37,923 nucleotides of DNA from positions 1-37,923 of IMG/VR virus record IMGVR_UViG_3300048851_000066. One strand, written 5' to 3'. Position 1 is the first letter of the stretch; the number at the start of each line of letters is the position of its first letter. The notes beneath the pieces are model-generated. The model was given only the letters and a program-made list of their open reading frames with translations, searched no databases and was not told where the DNA came from. Made by a program: the position numbers and the translations under genes. This DNA is from a virus. Its lineage: Duplodnaviria > Caudoviricetes. Of this stretch, positions 16,134-25,797 are shown piece by piece.

Positions 16134-17017
16134 GCGGTCAGGTCGCCAAACCAGACGACGATGCCGCCACTGTCGGTCGCAACAGCCCGGATACCTCCGT
16201 TTCCGCCAGGCAGGAGGCGCGTGAGACCAAAGGCGTTCTGCATGCCGCCCAGCACCACGGGCCCACTCGACCTGTTGTGGAGGGCACAGGTGAAGCCCTG
16301 CCCGAGGGCGGAAAAATCCCCCTGCAGAACCACGTTCGGCGCGGTCACCACCAGTATCGAACTGGCATGGTCGATGGTGAGCACCGTGTCGGTGTTGATG
16401 TCGATTTGGCGAAATGAGGTGGCGGCACTCGCAATGGCGGCACTCTGCGCTGCGTCCGCCGCGTTGCTCTCGACCTCGGCCCGCTTGGTTTCGATCTCCT
16501 CGCGCGCGGGGGCGATGGCTTCAAGGGCAGCGGGGACGGCGGCAGCGGCACCCACTTCCGTGGCGACCCGCCGGGCTTCGGGGACCGCGGCGCTGGCACC
16601 GGCCGCAGCCGCAGCAGCCTGAACCGTGCTCCATGGCACGGTGACCGCAGCGCCGGCCGTCAGATCACCGAAGCTCGACACGTCAAAGGGGATCTCGACC
16701 CGCTGCCGGGTCGGGCCCTCGATGCTGAACCAGACCACATATGTGCCCGGTGCGACGGTCGGCACCTGCACCAGCCATGTGCCGGGCGTCACCTCCACCG
16801 GCTCCAGAGGCTGGGCGGCGCTGTCCGACCCCACCGTGCTCGGCAGCCAGTAGATGGCCGATACACCCGTGGCGCCTGCCACCACCGCGCCGGTCAGGTC
16901 GTCGCGCACGTCGAACCACACGGGCACGTCGTCACCGATCGTCACGCGCTGGCGACGCGCAGACTTCCAGGCGCCCAGGCGTGGCACCAGGATCACGTCG
17001 AGGGCAGTGCCCGACAT
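16130..17017 (-). CDS. Tail fibre/adaptor protein (beta-rich N-domain, Ala-rich coil, C-terminal beta-sandwich)
   Basis: GGAG RBS before MSGTALDV; C-terminal domain aligns by eye with the C-terminus of ORF 1-2265. Confidence 0.65.
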   Translation of the reverse strand: MSGTALDVILVPRLGAWKSARRQRVTIGDDVPVWFDVRDDLTGAVVAGATGVSAIYWLPSTVGSDSAAQPLEPVEVTPGTWLVQVPTVAPGTYVVWFSIEGPTRQRVEIPFDVSSFGDLTAGAAVTVPWSTVQAAAAAAGASAAVPEARRVATEVGAAAAVPAALEAIAPAREEIETKRAEVESNAADAAQSAAIASAATSFRQIDINTDTVLTIDHASSILVVTAPNVVLQGDFSALGQGFTCALHNRSSGPVVLGGMQNAFGLTRLLPGGNGGIRAVATDSGGIVVWFGDLTA

Positions 17018-17042
17018 GGCATCACTCCAGATTGTCAGAGGG

Positions 17043-17453
17043 TCAGGAGGCCGCGGCGGCCCGAAAGAGGTCGTCAACCTGGGCGTTGCTCATGCCGAGC
17101 GCCGCCGCGATGCCGGTCAGGGTCGGGTCGTCGCGCCGGACCTCCAGCGCGTATTCCCAGGCGTCCACTGCCTCGTCACCAGCCGCCTTGATGGCGGACT
17201 GGATCTGCTCCAGCAGGCCGGCGCCACGTAGCGCACGGCGCGCTTGGAGTGGCGTGATGCTGAGTGGGACAGGCGCCGCCGGCGCCGTGCCCGCGGTCTT
17301 CAAGGCTGCATCCAACGCCTTCTGCGTCACCCCTTCGACGTAGAGGCGCCCGTTGTCATAGATGCAGGTAGTTCCGCCCGCCTCGTTGAAGACGCGGGCA
17401 AGATCGGCCGTCGCAGGCACTTCCACGGACGGCCACCCGAGGTGGCTGTTCAT
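17043..17453 (-). CDS. Putative tail fibre assembly/chaperone protein
   Basis: ITPLQARRAL...AWEYALEVRRDDP...LGMSNAQVDDLFRAA, a pattern common in genes just downstream of fibre genes. Confidence 0.7.
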   Translation of the reverse strand: MNSHLGWPSVEVPATADLARVFNEAGGTTCIYDNGRLYVEGVTQKALDAALKTAGTAPAAPVPLSITPLQARRALRGAGLLEQIQSAIKAAGDEAVDAWEYALEVRRDDPTLTGIAAALGMSNAQVDDLFRAAAAS

Positions 17454-18235
17454 GCACGCATCCTTGCAATGGTGAGATGGTCGTAGCCGTTGCCGCCAGC
17501 GTTCAGGGCCGCGCCGCTGTTCTGCGCCAGCACCATCTGAACGACCTGCCCGGCCTGGAGGGCATCGATGTAGACCAGGTCCATCGTGATCGGCAGCCCG
17601 TTCGGGGCGAACTGCTTGGACTGCTTCACATTGCCGTCCACGGTCAGCGCGACGGAGCGCACGCCGCCATTCGCATTGGCCGCGAAGGTGACCGAGCCCT
17701 CAATCATGTAGATCCCGGCCTCCGCCACCGTGAAGCCGCTGGTGGGCACGATCACGCCGCCGCCGAACAGGCCATCGTCGCCCTTCGCGTTCCAGGACAT
17801 GAGCCCCTGCACACCGCTGGGGATCGCGACGGGGATGGTGGAGATCAGCCGGGAGATCAGGGCGCTAGGCAGCAGGGGGTAAGGCACCTGACCATCGGTG
17901 TTCAGGTAGGGGAGCCGATCAGCGATGAACAGGCAGGTGATCAACTTGGTGGTGCCCGCCTCCCAATTGATGGCAGACGTGCCGCCGGTGTTGTTCCGGA
18001 CGATACGGTTGCGGGCGATGGTCGAGGGATTGCCGGCGGTCAGCACCCCCTCGAAGATCTCCCAGCGCGCATTGGCCTCGTCCTGGCAGCGCCAAGTGTA
18101 GCGCCGCCCGGAGACCGCGCCGGCGCTGAACGGGTCGAGATAGCCAGTCGGCACGCCGCCGATCGCCAGCGCCCCCGTGCCGCCCGTGCTGGTGGTCACC
18201 CGCACGCTATCGAGGGTGTAGACGGCGTCCGCCAT
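17450..18235 (-). CDS. Tail fibre/receptor-binding protein with C1q/TNF-like C-terminal domain
   Basis: N-terminal VRVTTSTGGTGALAIGG...WEIFEG anchor; C-terminal FTVAEAGIYMIEGSVTF...LQAGQVVQM. Confidence 0.65.
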   Translation of the reverse strand: MADAVYTLDSVRVTTSTGGTGALAIGGVPTGYLDPFSAGAVSGRRYTWRCQDEANARWEIFEGVLTAGNPSTIARNRIVRNNTGGTSAINWEAGTTKLITCLFIADRLPYLNTDGQVPYPLLPSALISRLISTIPVAIPSGVQGLMSWNAKGDDGLFGGGVIVPTSGFTVAEAGIYMIEGSVTFAANANGGVRSVALTVDGNVKQSKQFAPNGLPITMDLVYIDALQAGQVVQMVLAQNSGAALNAGGNGYDHLTIARMRA

Positions 18236-19416
18236 CAGCGGTCCTCCTGGATGGTCAGAGACGCGGTGTGCAGCAGGCCATTGCGGCTCCAGGCCTGACG
18301 TGGCCGCGGAGCCGGGATGGCGGTGAACTTGCCGATGACCGCCGACCGGCTGGCGCGCTCGACGCGGGGGATGGCAAGCACCTGCCGCTGTGTGCCGGCG
18401 ATCACGCCGATGATCTCCAGGTACTGCGCCTCCGGCTCGGACAACTGCGGCAGGGTGAACTGCACCCGCCGGCGGGTGGGCTGCGCCGCATCATCGAAGG
18501 TCGAGGGCTGGAAACCGCTCTCGGCCAGGTAAGACGGGGTCGAAAGCCCGGAGCCGACCCAGAGCCGGCCGAACTGCAAATAGGGCTGGGCACTGGCAAT
18601 GGAGATCAGCAGGTAGCGAGCGGTGACCGCCGCCGGCAGAACCCAGCACCAGTAGCCGAGGCCCATGTCCAGCGGGCTCTCCACCACTCCGCAGTCCGTG
18701 CCGCCCATGCCTGTGGCGGAGAGGGTGGCGCGGATGGTGGCCGTGCCCTCTGGGAGCACGCCATCCCGTGGCGCTGCCAGGGCCACCACCACCACGCTAC
18801 GCTGGGCTCCCAGATCCACCATGAGCCGCTGCTGGCCGGGCAAGCGCACCAGCGCGCCGCTCGACAGCTCGTAGGTCAGCGTGCCGGTGGTATCGGCGGC
18901 GTAGTAGATGGTGCACGGGCCACTGCGCCCCGGGCGAAAGGTCAGGGTATACCGGCGCCAGGTGTCGTCCTGCGGCACGGCCGTCATGGGCAGCGGCGTC
19001 CGCACCACCTGGCCTGTGGCATCGAGGTATTCAGCGATGATCACCGAGCCGAGCGTCGTGGTGCCAGAGCGCCGGCGGAACTGCACCGGCGCCTCGTAGA
19101 CGATGCCGGCCTCGACGCTATAGGAGCCACCCCAGACATAGACGTTCGGCGAAATGTTCTGGTAGGCCGTGGCCGAGGTGTACCCCGCGGGCGGCACCGC
19201 CGTGCCAAGCCGGGTGGTCCCTGAGCCCTTCACGCCACCCACATTGGTGTCCGTGATGGTTTCGGTGCTGGTGCTCGGGGAAGGTCCCGTGCGCCATACC
19301 TCAGCCAGAACCGGGGTCAGCAGAGAGCCGACGCCGAGCCCCGTCACTTCGGTATCAGCCTGCAGCGACGTCCCGGGCAGGTCGGCCCAGGATGTCTCGG
19401 AGACAACAGATGGCAT
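18235..19416 (-). CDS. Tail tip protein with discoidin/CBM-like domain(s)
   Basis: VWRT...LMVDLG...ARYLLISI...YLQFGRLWVG; position after the hub protein. Confidence 0.6.
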   Translation of the reverse strand: MPSVVSETSWADLPGTSLQADTEVTGLGVGSLLTPVLAEVWRTGPSPSTSTETITDTNVGGVKGSGTTRLGTAVPPAGYTSATAYQNISPNVYVWGGSYSVEAGIVYEAPVQFRRRSGTTTLGSVIIAEYLDATGQVVRTPLPMTAVPQDDTWRRYTLTFRPGRSGPCTIYYAADTTGTLTYELSSGALVRLPGQQRLMVDLGAQRSVVVVALAAPRDGVLPEGTATIRATLSATGMGGTDCGVVESPLDMGLGYWCWVLPAAVTARYLLISIASAQPYLQFGRLWVGSGLSTPSYLAESGFQPSTFDDAAQPTRRRVQFTLPQLSEPEAQYLEIIGVIAGTQRQVLAIPRVERASRSAVIGKFTAIPAPRPRQAWSRNGLLHTASLTIQEDR

Positions 19417-19419
19417 GCG

Positions 19420-21027
19420 CTATCCCCAGAGGGTGAGTGTCTTGCTGTCGCCGGCCTCGTCGGAGGCGATGACGACCCAGGTCCGGCCGGCCAGCTTCGG
19501 GTGGTCGATGGTGCCAGCCTGGCCCACGTCGATGGACATGCCCCACTTGCCCACCGGCACCTGCCAACGGCGGCGGCGCACGCCATGCAGGTTCAGCAGC
19601 ATGTTCGCGAGCGCCTGTGCGTCCGCCTCCTGATCAAACCCGGTGACCAACGGCGCCGGGTCGATGGCGGAGGGGTAGGTGCTGGCGATCGGGGCGTAGA
19701 AGGCAGTCGCCACCAGCTGGGCGGTGCTGAGGGCGGCGGTAACGGCCGGGTCGGATTGGGCCACGCCCGCAAGATCCGTCGCGCTCTGCACCAGCCCCAC
19801 ACGACGGAAGGCAACCCGCTGCCGCCAGCGCGGCGCTGTACCCGCCACCTCCGAAGGCTCGGCCGTCAGCATCCAACTCTTGAGGGCGAAGGCGGGCGCT
19901 AGGTTCTCTGGCGGCGTCAGCCGGCCGGCCACGATGCGGCCCAGGCGGTCGCTGTTCCACCAGGCCGCGGCGCTGCCCATCACTTCGTTCAACGCGGCCT
20001 CAACCGTGCCGCCGGTCCAGTAGAAGCCGGCCGGGCCACCCGGCAGAGCGGCGAAGCTCGCGGTGTCGATACGATCAGCGGACAACCCGCCCGGCCCCGT
20101 CAGCAGCGCCAGGGCGATGCCCGCATGGCTGCTGTCCCCTGCCCCCTGCGCATCCACCGTCAACTGCCCCGCCGGCGGGCTGCCGGTGCGCAGCACTCCC
20201 GCGGCGTAGCAGGTCGCGTAGGTCGTTTGCGGCACCGTGGCGACCAGCAGCGCCTCCAGGCTGGCGTAGTTCGGCCCCGCGGTCAGCGTGGCGCCGCGGT
20301 CCCGCACGGCCAGGATCTGCGCCAAGGGCAAGCCCGACACCTGATAGACCAGCTGCGACGCCAGCAGAGCCGTCACCGGCAGATTGCGCTTCAGCCCCAT
20401 CAGCACCGGCCGGAGCTGCCCCGTGAGGTTGCTGTCGCCCTCGGCGCCACCGGTGCCGGCATAGGGCGTGCTGACCGGCACGGCCAGGTCGGTAGCCGCC
20501 TCCCGCAGCCCGATGCTCACTCGCCCCGACGCCGACAGCGCCGCGCTGGTGATGCGGAGCTCAGCCACCGGCACGAACTCGCTATAGGCGCCGCGGAGTG
20601 GCTGGCGGTGCGGTCCACGCCGGAGGGTTGCCGGCCGCCCCACCATGGTCCAATCCCCCATTACCTGATCCAGCGCGCCGTCCGTGTTGTCTAGCCGGAT
20701 CTCACCCGACTGAAACGACGCCCGGGCGCTGTCCTCCGGCAGGACGCGGATGGCGCGCACCAGCGTCGGAGGCTCGATCAGGCGCCGCGGATACGGCACG
20801 TTCGGCTGCAGCGCATCCCCTGGCTCGCCGATCCAGCCCCGCAGCGAGTAGCGCAGCACCACAGCCCCTCCGGTAGGCGCCGGAGTGTCTGGAGAGGCGC
20901 CGACCGCATGCGTGCCCGGCTGGCCAAGAGAAGCCTCGCCCACCGCAACCGGGATGGGCGATGAGCCAAGCTCGATCAGGTAGTCAGCCGGCAGGTCGGC
21001 GTAATCGGTGACGGTGAAGGTCGGCAT
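19420..21027 (-). CDS. Tail tip/hub protein
   Basis: Directly after the tape measure gene; GEIRLDNTDGALD, YAGTGGAEG...RPVLMG. Confidence 0.65.
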   Translation of the reverse strand: MPTFTVTDYADLPADYLIELGSSPIPVAVGEASLGQPGTHAVGASPDTPAPTGGAVVLRYSLRGWIGEPGDALQPNVPYPRRLIEPPTLVRAIRVLPEDSARASFQSGEIRLDNTDGALDQVMGDWTMVGRPATLRRGPHRQPLRGAYSEFVPVAELRITSAALSASGRVSIGLREAATDLAVPVSTPYAGTGGAEGDSNLTGQLRPVLMGLKRNLPVTALLASQLVYQVSGLPLAQILAVRDRGATLTAGPNYASLEALLVATVPQTTYATCYAAGVLRTGSPPAGQLTVDAQGAGDSSHAGIALALLTGPGGLSADRIDTASFAALPGGPAGFYWTGGTVEAALNEVMGSAAAWWNSDRLGRIVAGRLTPPENLAPAFALKSWMLTAEPSEVAGTAPRWRQRVAFRRVGLVQSATDLAGVAQSDPAVTAALSTAQLVATAFYAPIASTYPSAIDPAPLVTGFDQEADAQALANMLLNLHGVRRRRWQVPVGKWGMSIDVGQAGTIDHPKLAGRTWVVIASDEAGDSKTLTLWG

Positions 21028-24000
21028 CAGACATCCCCCGGCCGCGTCCGTCCTTGCATCTCCAGCCGAAGCAGCTGGTTCTCCTGGCGTAACTCGGCGA
21101 TGGCCGTGACGATCCGGTCTCCCAGGTTCTGGTTCTCCTGACGCGAGATGGCAGCAAAGGAACTGGCAGTCAGGACATCAGACCCCATACCGCCAATGGC
21201 CTCAGCCGCGGCCATGATGCTCTCCTGCACCGCGCCAAACCCTGAGCTGGAGCCGTAGTAGTCCCGAGCCGCGCTCCGGTAGTTACCTGCCACAGACGTG
21301 AAGTCGCTGATCGCGTCGAAGTCGCCGGCGGTGGCACGGGCCACCACATCGCTGAAATCCCGACCCAGCAGGTTCAGCTTGGCGCCCGGAGACAGCAGAG
21401 AACTGTCGTCCGTCTGCATGGAGCGGATGAAGTCGGTGATGCCGCCAAGCGTGCTGACTACGCTCTCTTGGGCCTGACTGCGGTTCTGCGCCTCCAAGCT
21501 GGCGGCCTGGTCGTTGAAGTTGCGGATGATGGCCAGCCGCTCCTCCGCCAGCGTCTTCTCCAGCTGCACCATGTCGGTCACGCCATCACGCGAGGCTGCC
21601 TCGCGCTCCAGCAGGGCCTTGCGGTCGAAGGACCAGAGTTGGCCGTCCAGGGTGCCGGACGACCCATCCGCGGCTGCCTGCCGGTCCTGCAAGCTGCTCA
21701 GCGAGGAGAACTGGCTGACCTGGTACTGCCGGCGGTACTCGTTGGCTTCCGCACTGGCGGCGTTCACCATGGAGGTGAGGACCTGGTTCACCACGTCCTC
21801 ACCAACGCCCAGCGTGCGGACCTGCTCCGCCATGGCACGCCGCGCTGCATCCTGCTCCCGGTAGAACACCTCCAGCTGACGCTGGATACCGGGGCTGCCG
21901 GTGTTCGCCGTGATGATCCGGTCGGTAGACCCCTGCAGCAGGTCCTTGATGGTCTGGCTGCGCGCATCCACCAGCTTCTGCGTGGCAGCGGCCTCGCGCT
22001 GCGCCAAGGTATCCGTGGCGAGCCCGAGTTCCGTCGCCTTGGCAATCGCGGCATCAAAGGGAGCCCGCAGCGCCGTCATCTGCTGCGCAAAGGCACTGGC
22101 CGCCGCCTCCGCTTCCTTCAGCGGCGCAGTCATTGCCTTATAGGTACCGTTGTACCAGTCGAGGTTCTCCAGCGCAGCGTCGGATGTGGCGCTGTGGCTG
22201 AGGATCGACTGCACTTCGGCCGAGGCCAGCCCCTTCATGCTGTTCAGCAGCGACTGCGTCATATCCTTGACGAGCTGGGAGACGCTTTCTTCGTTCCGGT
22301 CGTACTCGTGCCAGGAGCCATCGTAGAGTGCGGCGATGCCGTCTCTATTACCGGCCTTGATCTCATAGTTGTACGGGATGGCGGAAGCGCCGGTGACCGT
22401 CTGAAGGCCCTGCGCGAGGGTCTTGACTTGGTCACCGATCTGCACTGCCAAGTCGCGGTTGGCCTGGCTGAAGCGGTCCCCCGTCAGGCCGGTAACCTCG
22501 CTCTCGCCGGTCAGCAGGTTGTTCTTGTAGACGCCCGTCATATCGGACGGCTTCTGGCCCGGCAGGAAGGCGCTGACGATAGCCAGCACCGCCGCGGCGG
22601 CCAAGCCATAGGGACCGGCCGCCGCCAGCCATGGCGCCGCCGCCATCAGGCCGCCGCCGACCGCGCCACCCGCGGCGGCCAGCGTGCCAAGGCCGCCCAC
22701 CACGCCGGCCACGCCGCCGGCCGCGCCCACCGCGCCGCCAATGCCGCCCTTCTGGATGCCGGAGTAGATGCCGTAAGCGCCGCCGGCGATACCCGCGACG
22801 CCGCCGATGGTGCCAGAGGCAGTGCCGAACATGGTCGGCGATGCCTCTGCCGCAGCGACCGCACCAGGTGTCGCCGGGCCATAGACGCCTGCACCCAGGC
22901 CGGTTAGAGCATTGTTCGTCGCCGAGCCAGCAGAGAAGACCCCCGGCGCGAAGCCGGCGGCGTAGCCGTCGAAGCTAGTGACCAGCCCACTGGCAAGGCT
23001 GGAGCCGGTACCGCCCGAGAGTTTGAAGAGGCCGCTGGCGGTGTCGAGGTAGGAAACGCCGCCAGATGCGGTAGCTGCGGTTCCACCAATGCCTGCCAAC
23101 TGTCCAACGCCAGTTCCAGCAACGCTACCCAACGCACTGCGGATAATGGGCTGGAACACCATCTGCGACAGACCAGCCGAGGCGGCAGACCGGAGCGCAG
23201 AGCCGAACAAGTTAGCCGTCACCTGTGCTAGCGACTGGCCCTTCTTGAAGCCTGTCTCCAACGCGGAGACAGTCTCTTGTGCTAAGTTATCGCCCCAGCG
23301 CTCAGCCGTGCGGTCTAGCCGGTCCTGCGCACGCTCGTTGGCTCGTTCCTGCTCCTTCTCGGCACGCTCGCGGGCAGCAGTCGCCTTCTTGTCATCGGCT
23401 TCGGTCTGCCTTGTTTGCCGGCCACGCAACCGCTCCAGATACGTCTCAACGCTGGCAGCACGCTGGAAGGATGCGCCTTGGCTGCCGTCCTCGTTGATCT
23501 CATAGGCGGTGGCCATGAACTCCCGCGTGGACTTGGCAGCTTTCTTGGTGCTCTCATCCAAACGTTTGATAGCCTCGTCGCGCTCGTTCAGAGCTAGCGT
23601 CGCGAGACGTGCCTTATCAGCGTCATTGAATGCTGGGTTGCTGTTGATGTCGTCCAGCGTCTTCTTGTAGTCGCGCAGGGCGGCGCCGCGCTTGTCGAGG
23701 CGGTCCCGCAGTGCGTCAGCCTTATCGACATCGCTACCGAGGGGCAGGTTGCTGACCGCCTTGCGCTGCTCGTTCAACAGCTTCGTTTCGAGCGAACCCA
23801 GCTCCAGGATCTTGTTGTTGAGGTCACCAGCAAGCTTTACCGCCGCCTCGTAGCGAGCCTTGTCGGCACCAGTTTCCCAGCGCGGGTCAACCTGTGCCCC
23901 GTAATCACGGATGTACCGGCCTTCCTCATCCAACTGGCTCCGCAGGGTACTGCGCTGGCTCCGAACCTCGTCCAAGCTGGAGTTGATACGCTCCGCCCGT

Positions 24001-24500
24001 CCCTGACGCTCGGTCTGCACTAGGGCTTGGGCCCGTTGTGCTGCGGTCAGGTAGGCGTCGCTCATTTCCTTGATGACGGCGGCGGCATCGGCTGCACCAC
24101 GCTTCATCCGCGCAAGCGCGTCTTCTGCCGTCTTGCCCGCCTTCTCAGCGTTGTCGCTAGTGGTCAGAAATCCGGCGGCAATCGTGCCGATGGACAGGAC
24201 TACACCGGCCACCGCGCCCACTGGCCCGAACAGGCCCAGGAACTGGCTACCCTGCTGGCTCAGCGCCGTCAGGGCGCTCTGCCCGCCCTGCACCTGGACC
24301 ACAAAATCGTTGAGCTGGAAGCCGCCTTGCTGGATCGCTTGGCTGAAGCGGCCCATACCAGCCGATGCATCAGTAGCCGCAGCGCCTGCGCCAGCCAGGT
24401 TCGTCCGCGCCGCCTGCCCCACCCGCGCAAGGCCGGCTTCCACCTCCGGCATGCCATTGAGGGTAAGCTGGATCGGCAGGTTGGTGGCGGTGCCGCTCAT
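21027..24500 (-). CDS. Tail length tape measure protein
   Basis: GGAGG RBS; lambda-type N-terminal QLNDFVVQVQGGQSALTALSQQGSQ; long helical body with Gly/Ala hydrophobic segments. Confidence 0.92.
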   Translation of the reverse strand: MSGTATNLPIQLTLNGMPEVEAGLARVGQAARTNLAGAGAAATDASAGMGRFSQAIQQGGFQLNDFVVQVQGGQSALTALSQQGSQFLGLFGPVGAVAGVVLSIGTIAAGFLTTSDNAEKAGKTAEDALARMKRGAADAAAVIKEMSDAYLTAAQRAQALVQTERQGRAERINSSLDEVRSQRSTLRSQLDEEGRYIRDYGAQVDPRWETGADKARYEAAVKLAGDLNNKILELGSLETKLLNEQRKAVSNLPLGSDVDKADALRDRLDKRGAALRDYKKTLDDINSNPAFNDADKARLATLALNERDEAIKRLDESTKKAAKSTREFMATAYEINEDGSQGASFQRAASVETYLERLRGRQTRQTEADDKKATAARERAEKEQERANERAQDRLDRTAERWGDNLAQETVSALETGFKKGQSLAQVTANLFGSALRSAASAGLSQMVFQPIIRSALGSVAGTGVGQLAGIGGTAATASGGVSYLDTASGLFKLSGGTGSSLASGLVTSFDGYAAGFAPGVFSAGSATNNALTGLGAGVYGPATPGAVAAAEASPTMFGTASGTIGGVAGIAGGAYGIYSGIQKGGIGGAVGAAGGVAGVVGGLGTLAAAGGAVGGGLMAAAPWLAAAGPYGLAAAAVLAIVSAFLPGQKPSDMTGVYKNNLLTGESEVTGLTGDRFSQANRDLAVQIGDQVKTLAQGLQTVTGASAIPYNYEIKAGNRDGIAALYDGSWHEYDRNEESVSQLVKDMTQSLLNSMKGLASAEVQSILSHSATSDAALENLDWYNGTYKAMTAPLKEAEAAASAFAQQMTALRAPFDAAIAKATELGLATDTLAQREAAATQKLVDARSQTIKDLLQGSTDRIITANTGSPGIQRQLEVFYREQDAARRAMAEQVRTLGVGEDVVNQVLTSMVNAASAEANEYRRQYQVSQFSSLSSLQDRQAAADGSSGTLDGQLWSFDRKALLEREAASRDGVTDMVQLEKTLAEERLAIIRNFNDQAASLEAQNRSQAQESVVSTLGGITDFIRSMQTDDSSLLSPGAKLNLLGRDFSDVVARATAGDFDAISDFTSVAGNYRSAARDYYGSSSGFGAVQESIMAAAEAIGGMGSDVLTASSFAAISRQENQNLGDRIVTAIAELRQENQLLRLEMQGRTRPGDV

Positions 24501-24606
24501 CCGGTCCTCCAAATACGAGAGGCGCCAATCGGTGCCATATTGTTGTGACTACCCAGCCAGCGGCGTGGCGGATATTCTCGCCTTGGTTGAATGCCAGGGA
24601 CGCAAG

Positions 24607-25086
24607 ATGCGATATCTAGTTGTTTGTTCCGTAATGCTTTTGAGTGCATGCGCTCAGCAGCAGGTCACCTACAGTGACCCCGCCGAGGCTGCTGCGGCAG
24701 CGCGCTGCCAAGCTCAGGGTATGACGGCAGGAGCACCGATTAGGAATGTGTTCGAGAGCGTGATGCAGGAGCGGCAGGTCGCCCAACTCTGTATGCAGGC
24801 TTGGTATCTCGATCGCGCTGCAGAACGGCAGCGGCAAGCAGCCCAGGAGCAACGCCTAACGGACGCGGCATCTCAGGCCGCTCGGAAAGCAACGCTTGAA
24901 GCTGATGCGAAGCGCCAAGCGGCGATCGACTGCAAAGGCGCCCGGAACCGCGACGCCTGCATGAACGCCATGGTGGCCGCTGCCGTGGCCTCTGCGTCAA
25001 CCGCCCCGGCGCCCACTTCTGCTTCAGCAATACCTGCAGTCAACCGTGGTCCGGCCACATCGGATCGCCCGTCTTACGATTGGTGA
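24607..25086 (+). CDS. Predicted lipoprotein moron, antisense to the tail operon (159 aa)
   Basis: MRYLVVCSVMLLSA-C lipobox; four further cysteines; fills the gap between the chaperone and tape measure genes. Confidence 0.75.
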   Translation: MRYLVVCSVMLLSACAQQQVTYSDPAEAAAAARCQAQGMTAGAPIRNVFESVMQERQVAQLCMQAWYLDRAAERQRQAAQEQRLTDAASQAARKATLEADAKRQAAIDCKGARNRDACMNAMVAAAVASASTAPAPTSASAIPAVNRGPATSDRPSYDW

Positions 25087-25406
25087 TCCTTCGCAGCCTC
25101 ATCGCGTTCCCTTGCTTCCGCCCTGCCCTCATCCAGTCCCTTTGCTGCAGCCATAATCATTGGGGCGGCGGCAGCTGGATCGACGCCGAGGGCGCCTGCG
25201 ATGGAGATGGCCGCGGCAACATCGACGCGGGCACCTGCCATGTCCTGCACGATGCAGCCGGCTACCGCTTGGTCGCATGCGGCGCCGGCTTCAGTCGTGG
25301 GCGCGTTCAGCACCGCCGGGCATTTTACGCAGCGCCCGGGGCAGGATCGGCAGTATTGCTCGCCTCTGGAGGCTTTCCACTTCCAGAGGTCTCGGAGCCG
25401 TTTCCC
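25074..25406 (-). CDS. Tail assembly chaperone, T segment (reached by -1 frameshift)
   Basis: The -1 frame is open from the slippery site: KRLRDLWKWKASRGEQYCRSCPGRCVKCPAVLNAPTTEAG..., continuous with ORF 25074-25313. Confidence 0.8.
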   Translation of the reverse strand, partial: GKRLRDLWKWKASRGEQYCRSCPGRCVKCPAVLNAPTTEAGAACDQAVAGCIVQDMAGARVDVAAAISIAGALGVDPAAAAPMIMAAAKGLDEGRAEARERDEAAKDHQS

Positions 25407-25795
25407 TCCTGCACCACTTCAATCGCTGAGGTCTCGTAAGCAGCCAGGAACGGGCGGCCCAGCGCGGGGTGGGAAGCAAAGGCATCCAGAGCTTCTGGCG
25501 AGATTGGGAGGGGCTGCCCGTCCTCCCCAGCCAGGCCCTCCCACTGCTCAAAGCGAGTGGCCATGGAGCGGATACGGGCCTGCGCGAACACGCCTTCCAA
25601 CTCAGAAAGTTGCTCGTCAGTCGGCTTTTCGCCGTCCTCAACGCCCATGGCTTCCTTGGCTGATGCCAGCGCACGAAAAGCAGCATGCTCAGCTGCCCGC
25701 AATGTGGCAGTGGTGCACGGTGGCACCAGCACGCGCACGTCGCCGGCCACGGTCAGCCAGGAGGCAGCGGTGTTGTTCAGCCGAAGCTTCAGCAT
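25325..25795 (-). CDS. Tail assembly chaperone (gpG-like)
   Basis: Between the tail tube and tape measure genes; WEGLAGEDGQPLPISPE; carries the slippery site. Confidence 0.8.
   Translation of the reverse strand: MLKLRLNNTAASWLTVAGDVRVLVPPCTTATLRAAEHAAFRALASAKEAMGVEDGEKPTDEQLSELEGVFAQARIRSMATRFEQWEGLAGEDGQPLPISPEALDAFASHPALGRPFLAAYETSAIEVVQEGNGSETSGSGKPPEASNTADPAPGAA
25400..25406 (-). other. Programmed -1 ribosomal frameshift site G GGA AAC
   Basis: X XXY YYZ heptamer in correct phase (GAG GGA AAC), analogous to lambda G-T GGGAAAG. Confidence 0.85.
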
Positions 25796-25797
25796 GA

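Noticed and set aside
12709-19416. Diversity-generating retroelement or invertible tail-fibre cassette
   Set aside because: No reverse transcriptase or invertase, and I saw no near-identical TR/VR pair or flanking inverted repeats; fibre similarities are at protein level only.
22560-22830. Gly/Ala-rich quasi-repeats in the tape measure gene
   Set aside because: Ordinary hydrophobic segments of tape measure proteins, not a separate repeat element.
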